A stretch of 13,200 nt of DNA from Synechococcus sp. (GTDB taxonomy: Bacteria; Cyanobacteriota; Cyanobacteriia; Thermostichales; PCC-7336), in contig JBFRWD010000180.1 in NCBI GenBank assembly GCA_051439425.1, positions 1-13,200 of the forward strand, in the 5' to 3' direction. Below the pieces are notes generated by a model. It was not told the origin of the DNA. It did no database searches and worked only from the letters and a program-made list of their open reading frames with translations. Below, piece by piece: positions 1-7,780 of this stretch. The translations under genes were made by a program, and so were the position numbers. Each line of letters starts with the position of its first letter. Positions within the stretch are counted from its first letter, which is position 1.

Positions 1-106
1 CAGTATCTTCCGCTATGGACTCGATCGCCTACGCTCGGTCATCCTCGACTTTCAGCATAAAAAATCACTCTTTCTACATGCTCTTGAGTTTTTGTCCTGT
101 ACTTAG
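1..106 (+). mobile_element. Right (3') end of an IS4-family, IS10/ISAba1-like insertion sequence, truncated by the window edge
   Basis: Exact reverse complement of 13076-13181, with identity ending sharply at 106/13076. The terminus read inward, CTAAGTACAGGACAAAAA, resembles the ISAba1 end CTCTGTACACGAYAAA (from memory). It encodes a transposase-like C-terminus. Confidence 0.85.
2..106 (+). CDS. IS4-family transposase, C-terminal fragment (partial)
   Basis: Manual translation gives SIFRYGLDRLRSVILDFQHKKSLFLHALEFLSCT*. The (HG)xxxxSIFRYGLD...FLSCT tail is typical of IS10-group transposases, and the TAG stop forms the last bases of the element. Confidence 0.8.
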   Translation, partial: SIFRYGLDRLRSVILDFQHKKSLFLHALEFLSCT

Positions 107-120
107 ATCTTGCGTATAAT
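92..120 (+). promoter_or_regulatory. Putative hybrid sigma70-type promoter spanning the IS junction
   Basis: TTGTCC (92-97, inside the IS end), a 17-bp spacer, then a perfect TATAAT (115-120, in flanking DNA). Confidence 0.4.
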
Positions 121-210
121 TTGGTCAGGCTACTTATTAGAGAATTGTGACTGTTGAGTAGCTGAGTTGTTCGTGAAATTGTGTTTTGCGAGATGCTAGA
201 GCAAAGCCCG

Positions 211-291
211 TACCATTTAGGAGATTTCGGTTACGTCCAGCCCTGACTGCGTTAGAAAGCCTTTGTCCTAACTGTAATAGAAAATACTATA
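211..291 (+). repeat. ~80-bp dispersed repeat, copy A (inverted relative to copies B and C)
   Basis: Matches the reverse complement of 1749-1828 at 62 of 81 positions by manual alignment. Shared blocks are CCCTGACTGCG, CTTTGTCCTAACTG and AAATACT. Confidence 0.85.
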
Positions 292-324
292 GAAGCAGAC
301 TGCAGGAGAATTGGCTGGGCATGG

Positions 325-1749
325 TTAGCTGTACAGTTCTGAAAAGGCTAAATCAAAGTACCGCTGGTAAAGACTGCAGCTGATCGCGACCCTATTATTG
401 AAGTAATCGATTAGACCCATGCTGTGTAGTTTATATGCCTGTATTGGATCTAAAGAAACAGGAGTTTGTGATTGAGTCGTTGTTTTTAGAGCTTCGATTA
501 ACGTGTCATTATCTTGAAGTGCAAGCCACAATCTACGTAGGTGATCGCTATAGATTCCTTGCAGAAGTGAGCTGGTTTCAAATAAGTCTGGGAGGGGTGT
601 GTGATTTTGGCTGATTTCGTGAAACGCTAGGCGAATTAGATAGGGATGGCCTCCGACTTCTCGTTGCAATTTTGCAATGTTGTCTGCATCCAGAGATATG
701 CGGTATTTTTGCGAAACTTGCAGAATTTGTTCGGCAGTAAATTCGGGCAGGCTGATCGGAACACCTGTATTGAACGGTGATTGATTGTAGTCAAGAGGTA
801 TATAAGCTTCAGTGGAGTGAGACAGGATAAGCCGTAGCTTTTGCCAAATTGGTGAGATCCGTCCTTTTTCATGCCAACTACGCAGCATGCCGAAGAAATC
901 ATCGGTAATTTCCCGATACGAAAATAGGCGATCGACGTTGTCTAGCGCTAATACTAGAGGGCTGTTGCTTGCATCTAGTAAGTATTCTTCAAAGTAAGCT
1001 GTGCAATTGTCATTGCTACCAAAGATGTCCGAGTCCCAAAACTCATCTAATCGATTGGGAAGTTTCAACTGACGTGTAATTTTGACACATAGCCACCTCA
1101 GCATTTTTTCCAGATCGGTCAAGATCGAGCGATCGCAACTTCGGAAATCTAAATACATGGTGACGCAGCCCTGAGCTTCGGCAAATGCCATCAGGTTGTA
1201 TACCAATGATGTTTTACCCATCAGCCGAGGGGCCTTGATGCGAATTAGCGATCCCGGGCGATCGACGGTACGGTAACCTGTCTCTTCTACTCCCTCGCGC
1301 ACCACATATAGCGATGACCCAGGTGGTAAAGGTCCTTCGATGAGTCCACCTGTTAATTCTTCGGTCGTCTCCACAGAGATGCTGACTAGGTTTACAGCCT
1401 GGGATGTCAGGTTTGGATTGGAGCTCTGTGTTGTGAGTGAGAGCGAATTCTGGATTTCTGAATGGCGAGCTTTCCAGGCCCGTCGGAGTGCTTCGCTAAA
1501 ACTGAGCTTGCTGACTTTCTCGTCTAACGCTTTGGATAATTTCCTCCACAGTGGGTTCCCGACATCGCGATTGAGGTATCCAGCTCCATAGTTGAGATCT
1601 TCTGCCATGCGGTCGTAGGTTTGTTTATTCCAAGCACCCTGCAGAACTCTCACTTCTAAATCGGTGAGATGTTTGCCTGTGTGCTCGAAAACAACAAGAT
1701 CGGCAAAATCTCTCGCCTCCTCCCACGAAAAAGTTTTGTGCTCACTCAT
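325..1749 (-). CDS. AAA_35-family (STAND-like) P-loop ATPase with an N-terminal HTH domain
   Basis: 474 aa. The N-terminal LTDLEVRVLQGAWNKQTY...LWRKLSKAL..KVSK segment matches the HTH seen on cyanobacterial NB-ARC/AAA_35 proteins. Also Walker A IKAPRLMGKTSL, Walker B LVLALDNVD, and AAA_35 hallmarks FFGMLRSWHE, SPFNTG, GGHPYL and YSDHLRRL. Confidence 0.88.
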   Translation of the reverse strand: MSEHKTFSWEEARDFADLVVFEHTGKHLTDLEVRVLQGAWNKQTYDRMAEDLNYGAGYLNRDVGNPLWRKLSKALDEKVSKLSFSEALRRAWKARHSEIQNSLSLTTQSSNPNLTSQAVNLVSISVETTEELTGGLIEGPLPPGSSLYVVREGVEETGYRTVDRPGSLIRIKAPRLMGKTSLVYNLMAFAEAQGCVTMYLDFRSCDRSILTDLEKMLRWLCVKITRQLKLPNRLDEFWDSDIFGSNDNCTAYFEEYLLDASNSPLVLALDNVDRLFSYREITDDFFGMLRSWHEKGRISPIWQKLRLILSHSTEAYIPLDYNQSPFNTGVPISLPEFTAEQILQVSQKYRISLDADNIAKLQREVGGHPYLIRLAFHEISQNHTPLPDLFETSSLLQGIYSDHLRRLWLALQDNDTLIEALKTTTQSQTPVSLDPIQAYKLHSMGLIDYFNNRVAISCSLYQRYFDLAFSELYS

Positions 1750-1828
1750 ACAGTATTTGCCATTCAGTTAGGACAAAGATTTCCAATCGCAGTCAGGGTT
1801 GAACATAGCTGAAATGTCCACAGTAGTA
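1749..1828 (-). repeat. ~80-bp dispersed repeat, copy B, abutting the AAA_35 start codon
   Basis: About 65 of 81 positions identical to 6694-6773 (direct) and 62 of 81 to 211-291 (inverted). On the minus strand it ends ...GGCAAATACTGT-ATG. Confidence 0.88.
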
Positions 1829-2071
1829 ACTGCTATCAATTCCTCTTACCATGGCCAGACGTGAAGCGCTCATGACTCAGACAGCAGCATATTCTGTATT
1901 TTTTCTCTTAGCTCGTGACTTGAGGGTCAGGCTTGAGATCGCAGATGTTGAAGCATTTTTGAGGCGGGCTGCTTACTGTCAGATTAATGCTTGCGGTGCG
2001 CGCAGTTGCTCTGTACAGTACCTGGCTCGTCCGAGCCAGACTGGTTTTAGCGCGATCGCCACTGCTCCTGT

Positions 2072-2101
2072 ACCCAATAAAACCCAATAAAATCCAATCA
2101 A
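2072..2101. repeat. Short tandem repeat, 3 x 10 bp
   Basis: ACCCAATAAA ACCCAATAAA ATCCAATCAA. Confidence 0.55.
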
Positions 2102-2932
2102 GCACTGTGCGGTGCACTATCTAAGCGTTTGAAATACCCAATTATTCTCCCTGGAATGGGACAGTGCATCAGAGAACAATCATGGCGAAGCGATTACTGC
2201 TTCAGTCGATGTAGTGCACAACCTCAGATATCAGCTGATTTAATCGCTAGTCGTGAAACTGGGGTGTGAGCTGTCGATTTCCAACGTCAAACTGTCACCA
2301 TGAGGAGTGGATGTGATGATGCACCAATGTATTAGGAATTGTCATCTGTTGTGGAAGTTGATGCGCAAGTAATATTCAGCATCTTGTCCGAGAGCTATTT
2401 TGCCCTATGTCTTAGCAAAAAAATTCGGGGCTCTCACATGCATATGTAGTCGTCTTCTATATCTAATTAAGTAGCGGGCGCAAGCGAACAACTCATTCTC
2501 ATCTAGGAAATTGACATGCCTCATTCCTCAAGCTCTCATGCACTCGCTTATTCCTCCTCGACAATTGGCAGCGATCGCCGCCCCAGTTACGTTAGAGCTT
2601 GGATGTTTCGTGCGAATCACAATACTGCAACAGACTTCTTGTGCAGTTACACCTCCACTCTCCCTGCTCTGCTGAACAAGCTTTGCCAGCGAGGGCATTA
2701 GGGACGTCGGCCGTTGCTACTCCAATCTGTGCTGATGACATGTTTAAAACGGACACCCCGAATAGAGTGAGATTGGTTGTGTTTGTGCCGAAATGTCGCA
2801 TGTCATCGGCAGCTTGATGGTAGGCAGCGAATAGTTGTTTGGTTGGAATCGTCCTTCGAAGTTCTCTTAATGTCTGGTTGCCAAAACGTTACAGATTGAG
2901 TCATTTGTGTCTTGTGTGACATCTCAATAGAG

Positions 2933-3787
2933 TCATTCGGCTGCGGGAGGAACTTCCAAGGCGACTGCGCCCAGTATGCCCTTACGAAAATCAGTCAAAA
3001 TTTGCTGGGCAGCGCGCTCTGCGTTTCCTGAATGCACGCGCTGTGCAAGTTCTTGAATGAGTATGCTGCCTGGTTCGGCTAGGGTATCGAACCTATAGCG
3101 AGAGCACACTTTTTCTGCTGTCCGCGAGTCCATGTTGGACAGCATCTCTAAAAAGCTAGCGGCCACATGTTCGGTAACGTAGCTGGCTTGGCCAATATCG
3201 TCGCAAATCGCCAGTTTGAGTGCAGCCTCTTGATCGTCCAGCTGAGGGGGCAGGATGCCAGGGGCATCCAGAATGTCTAGGTCTTTGCCCAATCGCACCC
3301 ACCGTAATTGCCGGGTGACGCCAGGCTTACGTGCACTTTCAACCACCCGCTGACCGAGTAGTCGGTTCAACAGTGCCGACTTGCCAACGTTGGGAAATCC
3401 AATCACCACAGCTCGCACGGCTCGCGGTTTCATGCCCCGCTTTCGGCGGCGATCGTTGGTCGCTTGTCCAACTTGTTGTGCTGCCTTTCTAATTGCTGTA
3501 ATGCCTTTGCCCTCGCGGGCATTGGTTGGCCATGCTTCTTGACTACGGGATTGGAACCAAGCTTGCCAAGCTTGAACGTGGCGATCTGGCACACAATCGG
3601 CTTTGTTGAGGACGACGATTCGTGGTTTGTCGTTTGTCCATGTGTCCAGGTCTGTATTTCGGCTGGACTGGGGGATCCGGGCATCCAAGACCTCAAATAT
3701 TACATCCACTTTCTGCAGCTGTTGCTTGAGCTGACGCTGAGCTCTGGCAATGTGCCCGGGATACCACTGAATAGGTGGAGTAGACAT
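2933..3787 (-). CDS. rbgA: Ribosome biogenesis GTPase RbgA (YlqF)
   Basis: N-terminal IQWYPGHIARA, DARIP, and circularly permuted G motifs NKAD (G4), GFPNVGKS (G1), PGVT (G2), DAPG (G3); C-terminal DFRKG. Confidence 0.97.
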   Translation of the reverse strand: MSTPPIQWYPGHIARAQRQLKQQLQKVDVIFEVLDARIPQSSRNTDLDTWTNDKPRIVVLNKADCVPDRHVQAWQAWFQSRSQEAWPTNAREGKGITAIRKAAQQVGQATNDRRRKRGMKPRAVRAVVIGFPNVGKSALLNRLLGQRVVESARKPGVTRQLRWVRLGKDLDILDAPGILPPQLDDQEAALKLAICDDIGQASYVTEHVAASFLEMLSNMDSRTAEKVCSRYRFDTLAEPGSILIQELAQRVHSGNAERAAQQILTDFRKGILGAVALEVPPAAE

Positions 3788-4084
3788 TAGCGTTCGTCAG
3801 GACAACAGAGGATAGAGCGAGTTACTGTAAGCGAGGGCAATGATGGAGTCATTTTGGGCTGCTTCTCTCAGAGGAGATGCGTTAAATGTTTAGAACTGCT
3901 GCTCGCATGCAACAAAATAACCGAACGAACTTCGCTCGGCTGTAACTTTGTAGCAACTAGCGTTCAGCATCCACCTGCATAACATGAAGTCGAGGCACAA
4001 ACGGCTGCACTAAGCCAATGGCATAGTCGTTTGTACCGAACACAGGATGTCTGCTGACCGGTGGTGGAACAATGAGCCTCGACG

Positions 4085-4384
4085 TTAAGAATTACCAGCG
4101 AACAAGACTTCTGGGAACTTCTCAGCCGCTTTATCCATCGGCTTTTTGCGACCATCTTCTTGCCAGTAGTTAATCACTTCAGTGGCTTTGTTGAGTAACT
4201 CAACCCTCTGCACATCTGTAATCCAACTCTTGCTTTCCAGTTCGGATTTGATGGCTTCCCAAGCGTTATCGCGGGGCCAGAAGTAATATTTGGTTAGAGG
4301 GCTGCGGCCTTGACCAACAATTTGATCGACAGCGATCGCCAAGTTATCATCCAACCACACTGCCTTAAGCGCAAAGTCTGTCAA
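4085..4384 (-). CDS. ycf65: 30S ribosomal protein PSRP-3 / Ycf65
   Basis: [18 protein letters not shown]...[16 protein letters not shown]...[15 protein letters not shown] signature. Start moved from 4507 to the TTG at 4384, which has AGGAG 7 nt upstream and gives 99 aa. Confidence 0.93.
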   Translation of the reverse strand: MTDFALKAVWLDDNLAIAVDQIVGQGRSPLTKYYFWPRDNAWEAIKSELESKSWITDVQRVELLNKATEVINYWQEDGRKKPMDKAAEKFPEVLFAGNS

Positions 4385-4574
4385 GATCGTCTCCTGTGAA
4401 AAAACAGTCCGTCTTCCATAGTATCTTGCCGTGCACCTTACTAAATCTCTATTTCTGATGTAACGTGCTGCTTTTTCGCAATCTCCGTTCGCGCTAACCT
4501 CAGTCAATCTATCCCCTCGCCCCCCTAAACTATTGCGGTCATAATAGGTGCCACAACTGCGTGTGTGTGATGGA

Positions 4575-5153
4575 ATGAAAAACTCATATGGTGCTAGTAG
4601 CGTGGCGTTTGCTGCTCCGCTTCTGGCGGTGGGGGCCGTGCTTGTTGCAGTGCCGTCTGTAGTATTGATGTCGGGTTTTGTGAGATCGGTTACGGCAATT
4701 GAGTATCGCGACCTCCGCTATTTGCAAGCAACAGGACAATGTCCGCAGTGCGATCTGAAAGAGGCTGTCTTGACCAATGCTGCCTTGATGGGAGCGCAAC
4801 TAATGGATGCCGATCTGGCAGGAGCTGACTTAGCTCAGGCATCTTTAATGGCATCAAACTTGGTCAATGCTAATCTTCAGCAAGCCAATTTGTCGGGAGC
4901 GAATTTGTCGGGAGCTGATTTAAGCTATGCCGATTTGAGTTCGGCCAATATGATTGGCGCTGTTCTCTGGGATGTGAATTGGAACGGAGCATTGACTGAA
5001 GGAGCCCTGTACAGCGAAGACACTGTTTTTGATGATTCGGTCAATCCCCAACGCTTGGGTATGATTTTGGTCAAAGATGATGAATTGCCCCTTTCTCGTC
5101 AGATTGACAGTTCGGGTGTTGGGGGGCATGTTCGCGATCGATCTGTCCGCTAG
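4575..5153 (+). CDS. Pentapeptide repeat protein with an N-terminal hydrophobic (signal or TM) segment
   Basis: A(D/N)LXX repeats ([45 protein letters not shown]) preceded by CPQCDL and a hydrophobic N-terminus. ATG 4575 preferred over GTG 4548. Confidence 0.9.
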   Translation: MKNSYGASSVAFAAPLLAVGAVLVAVPSVVLMSGFVRSVTAIEYRDLRYLQATGQCPQCDLKEAVLTNAALMGAQLMDADLAGADLAQASLMASNLVNANLQQANLSGANLSGADLSYADLSSANMIGAVLWDVNWNGALTEGALYSEDTVFDDSVNPQRLGMILVKDDELPLSRQIDSSGVGGHVRDRSVR

Positions 5154-5195
5154 TATCGCTCTGGTTACGAGTACTAGACCCATGGTGGCAGTAGC

Positions 5196-6608
5196 GTGAA
5201 GCCTCTGGCCGACATATTAATTCTTTCAAATGGTCCTGGTGAACTCTTGACGTGGGTCAGGCCTGCAGTCAAACAGTTGCGCAATGAGCTTCCCCAAGCT
5301 CGCCTTTCGTTGGCTTTGTCGCCTTGTTCTCATGCGTCGGGCAAGGAAGCCCAACTTGCGACAGAGTGGCTGGGTCTCGACCGCGTGCAGGGCGCCGAAC
5401 ATTTCTGGCCATTTCTGATATCGGGGGTAACAGCAGACAATTGGGATTGGTCTCCGTTTGGAGTCGTACTGTTTTTGGGGGGCGATCAATTTTTTGCACT
5501 CCGTTTGGCCCGTCAGCTAGGGTACAGAGTTGTCATCTATGCAGAGTGGGAGGCTCGCTGGCAGCGCTGGGTGGATGCCTTTGCCGTCCGTACGGAAACC
5601 ATTGCGGCTAAAGCGTCTCCACGCTGGCAGTCGAAGATGTATGTTGTGGGAGACTTGATGGCAGATGGGGTTGCGAATACTGCTCTGCGCAGCTCCAGTC
5701 AGTTGCCTGTAACGGATATTAATCTTCAAAGCCAGACGGAGCCTTTAGACGTTCAGGATATGACCCGACCTGAGCCGCTAACAGGGGGAGAGTCGGCCAC
5801 ACTGCCAGTAAGTTTTGCTCCATCCCTGCCTTGGTTCTGGCAGCCGGTGAATAGTCGAGATCGTGCCGCCTTTCAGATTGGTTTGTTACCTGGCTCTAAA
5901 CCCGCCAAGCTGTCGCTGGGGGTACCACTGATGCTGGCGATTGCCGATCGCCTGCGAGAATCATTACCGGCTGTCCGATTTGCTATTCCTGTGGCGCCAA
6001 CCCTCGATGTCGATGAGTTGGCCAGCTATGCTCTCGTCGCCAGCAATTGGAATATGGCTGCAGTCTACGGAACCTCTGCTGTTTTAGAGGAAGGGGGGAG
6101 CAATATGCAGTTCTCTACGCCATTCGGTACTACGGTGACGTTGTGGAGAGAATTTCCGCCATATGACCTACTCGCCAACTGTGACATTTGTCTGACGACT
6201 GTGGGAGCAAATACAGCGGAATTGGGACGATTAGGAATACCGATGGTTGTCCTGTTACCCACGAATAAGCTGGATGTGATGCGCTCGTGGGATGGTCTAC
6301 TGGGGCTGATTGTAAGGGCACCGGTTGTCGGGCGTCTCGTCGCTCGTTTGGTGAACTGGTACGTGCTTCGGTTTGTGAAGTTTTTAGCGTGGCCAAACAT
6401 CTGGGCTCAGCGACGCATTGTGCCTGAATTGCGCGGACATCTCACGCCACAGGCGATCGCAGATGAAGTGTGTCAGATTTTGTTAGACCGCGAACGATAC
6501 AACCAGATGCAAAACCACTTAAAAGAGTTGCGGGAGGAACCTGGAGCGGCTGAAGCCATTGCCCAGATTGTGGCTGCGCAACTAGAAGATGCTGGAGCTT
6601 TGTCATAG
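5196..6608 (+). CDS. Lipid-A-disaccharide synthase-related (LpxB-like) GT-B glycosyltransferase
   Basis: DILILSNGPGE, FLGGDQF, VVGDLM, GLLPGSK, TTVGANTAEL and LAWPNIWA..IVPEL motifs of the cyanobacterial LpxB-like family; GTG start. Confidence 0.8.
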   Translation: MKPLADILILSNGPGELLTWVRPAVKQLRNELPQARLSLALSPCSHASGKEAQLATEWLGLDRVQGAEHFWPFLISGVTADNWDWSPFGVVLFLGGDQFFALRLARQLGYRVVIYAEWEARWQRWVDAFAVRTETIAAKASPRWQSKMYVVGDLMADGVANTALRSSSQLPVTDINLQSQTEPLDVQDMTRPEPLTGGESATLPVSFAPSLPWFWQPVNSRDRAAFQIGLLPGSKPAKLSLGVPLMLAIADRLRESLPAVRFAIPVAPTLDVDELASYALVASNWNMAAVYGTSAVLEEGGSNMQFSTPFGTTVTLWREFPPYDLLANCDICLTTVGANTAELGRLGIPMVVLLPTNKLDVMRSWDGLLGLIVRAPVVGRLVARLVNWYVLRFVKFLAWPNIWAQRRIVPELRGHLTPQAIADEVCQILLDRERYNQMQNHLKELREEPGAAEAIAQIVAAQLEDAGALS

Positions 6609-6693
6609 GTGTTTGATGGCGCGGATATGTAGCGTCGCTCAACGACCCAACTTCCCAGAACAGGCTATCGCGCACCTAATGTCTGGTGTTAGT

Positions 6694-6773
6694 TATGGTA
6701 TTTGCCATTTCAGTTAGGACAGAGGTTCCGATCGCAGCCAGGTCTAGACCTGGCTGAAATGTCCGCAGTGGTA
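6694..6773 (-). repeat. ~80-bp dispersed repeat, copy C (same orientation as copy B)
   Basis: TATGGTATTTGCCATTTCAGTTAGGACAGAGG...CTGAAATGTCCGCAGTGGTA. Contains the perfect 22-bp palindrome CAGCCAGGTCTAGACCTGGCTG (6735-6756). Confidence 0.88.
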
Positions 6774-6815
6774 TGGCCACTGGCATATGCCAACGTAGGA
6801 GTGATGGTTATTTGC

Positions 6816-6875
6816 TTTTACTCAGGCTTGCCATAAGGGATGTCATCGACCTCCTTTATGGCAAGCCTGATAAAA
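6816..6875. terminator. Long hairpin between convergent genes; possible bidirectional terminator or REP-like element
   Basis: Arms 6822-6844 and 6848-6870 are complementary at 21 of 23 positions around a 3-nt loop, flanked by TTTTA and TAAAA. Confidence 0.55.
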
Positions 6876-6920
6876 CACTAGGATTACCTTGTTTCTATTG
6901 CAGTGGGTGATGCTGTTTGT

Positions 6921-7679
6921 CTAGTTGGCCGAGGGTAGAGGCTGATTGGACTGCTGGGTGTTTAGACGCTCGAGAATGCCAAATAAATCGGCGATTGTGT
7001 CAGAGGGTGGTGCTTGATGACCGTCCAGCCTCATCATCGGTTTGGCGCGACGTAACCACAGTGCGTTGAGGCCAGCTCGTTTGGCCCCTTGATAATCTTG
7101 GCGCTGATGATCTCCAACGTGCAAAGCATTGGCAGGTCTGACTCCTTCCTGGCTCAGTGCTGCATCGAACACAGTTGAGGAAGGCTTCGCTGCTCCTACC
7201 GCTGTAGAAATTGTCACCGAACTAAAGACTCCATCTAGCCCCAAGGCACGCAGCACTTTATACAGGCGAGAATCGAAATTGGAAATCATTGCCAGCTTGG
7301 TTTGTTGCTCTAAGGCTTCGAGAACGGGGAGGGTTTCGGGATACAGTTCCCAAACGGCATCTGTCTCAAAGCTGTCAAACACATCGCGGAAGTAGCGCGG
7401 GAAATCGCGGAATTTGTCCAGTACCCCAACTCGTTCGAACGTTTGTCGCATTACTGAATGCCACCAATCTTGTTCGAGTTGCGGCAGGCGATCGCCGGCA
7501 TCGGGGAACGCTGCTGGAGGTGCTGATTTGAACACCGAGTAAAAATGGCGATCGACCGTTTCTGGCTGGGTCTGTACGCCATAATCAGCTGCAATTTGGC
7601 TGTATACTTGCCCGACACTGCCTCGGACTCTAAACAATGTTCCTACGGCATCAAAGAAAATAACGTCTGGATGTAACAC
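6921..7679 (-). CDS. HAD-superfamily hydrolase, subfamily IA (REG-2/HDHD3-like)
   Basis: Motif I FFDAVGTLF, motif II ISNFD, motif III AAKPS, motif IV HVGD...DYQGAKRAGL; GTG start. Confidence 0.92.
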   Translation of the reverse strand: MLHPDVIFFDAVGTLFRVRGSVGQVYSQIAADYGVQTQPETVDRHFYSVFKSAPPAAFPDAGDRLPQLEQDWWHSVMRQTFERVGVLDKFRDFPRYFRDVFDSFETDAVWELYPETLPVLEALEQQTKLAMISNFDSRLYKVLRALGLDGVFSSVTISTAVGAAKPSSTVFDAALSQEGVRPANALHVGDHQRQDYQGAKRAGLNALWLRRAKPMMRLDGHQAPPSDTIADLFGILERLNTQQSNQPLPSAN

Positions 7680-7780
7680 GGCATTATCTCAACAACTAGA
7701 AGAGTGAAGAGTTGGTTTTGAATATCGCGCGAGCGAGCATCGGGAGGGTTCGTCGTGATCAAAGTGAGAGGCATGCTCAG

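Noticed and set aside
91..269. TTTGTCCT shared between the IS end (91-98) and repeat copy A (262-269)
   Set aside because: Only 8 bp with unrelated context, too little to claim the repeat derives from this IS.
263..290. Promoter-like TTGTCC-N16-TACTAT at the TA end of the repeat
   Set aside because: The spacer is 15 bp in copy B, where the -10-like hexamer abuts the ATG, so it could not transcribe that start codon. The -35 is degenerate in copy C.
186..383. 65-aa + strand ORF
   Set aside because: Runs through repeat copy A and overlaps the AAA_35 stop on the opposite strand; TTG start and no recognisable motif.
3788..3812. GTCAGGACAACAGAGG upstream of rbgA as a fourth repeat copy
   Set aside because: The similarity is limited to about 9 bp and does not extend.
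4870..4935. 15-bp near-tandem repeats (AATTTGTCGGGAGC)
   Set aside because: Explained by the pentapeptide-repeat coding sequence ([10 protein letters not shown]).
211..6773. 80-bp repeats as integron attC sites or a CRISPR array
   Set aside because: GTTAGGA only approximates GTTRRRY, and the RYYYAAC...GTTRRRY bracket is absent. The copies are inverted or kilobases apart with no regular spacers, and no intI or cas gene is present.
6696..6774. TGGTAT direct repeat as a target-site duplication of copy C
   Set aside because: Similar bases occur at the ends of copies A and B, so they belong to the element rather than to the target.
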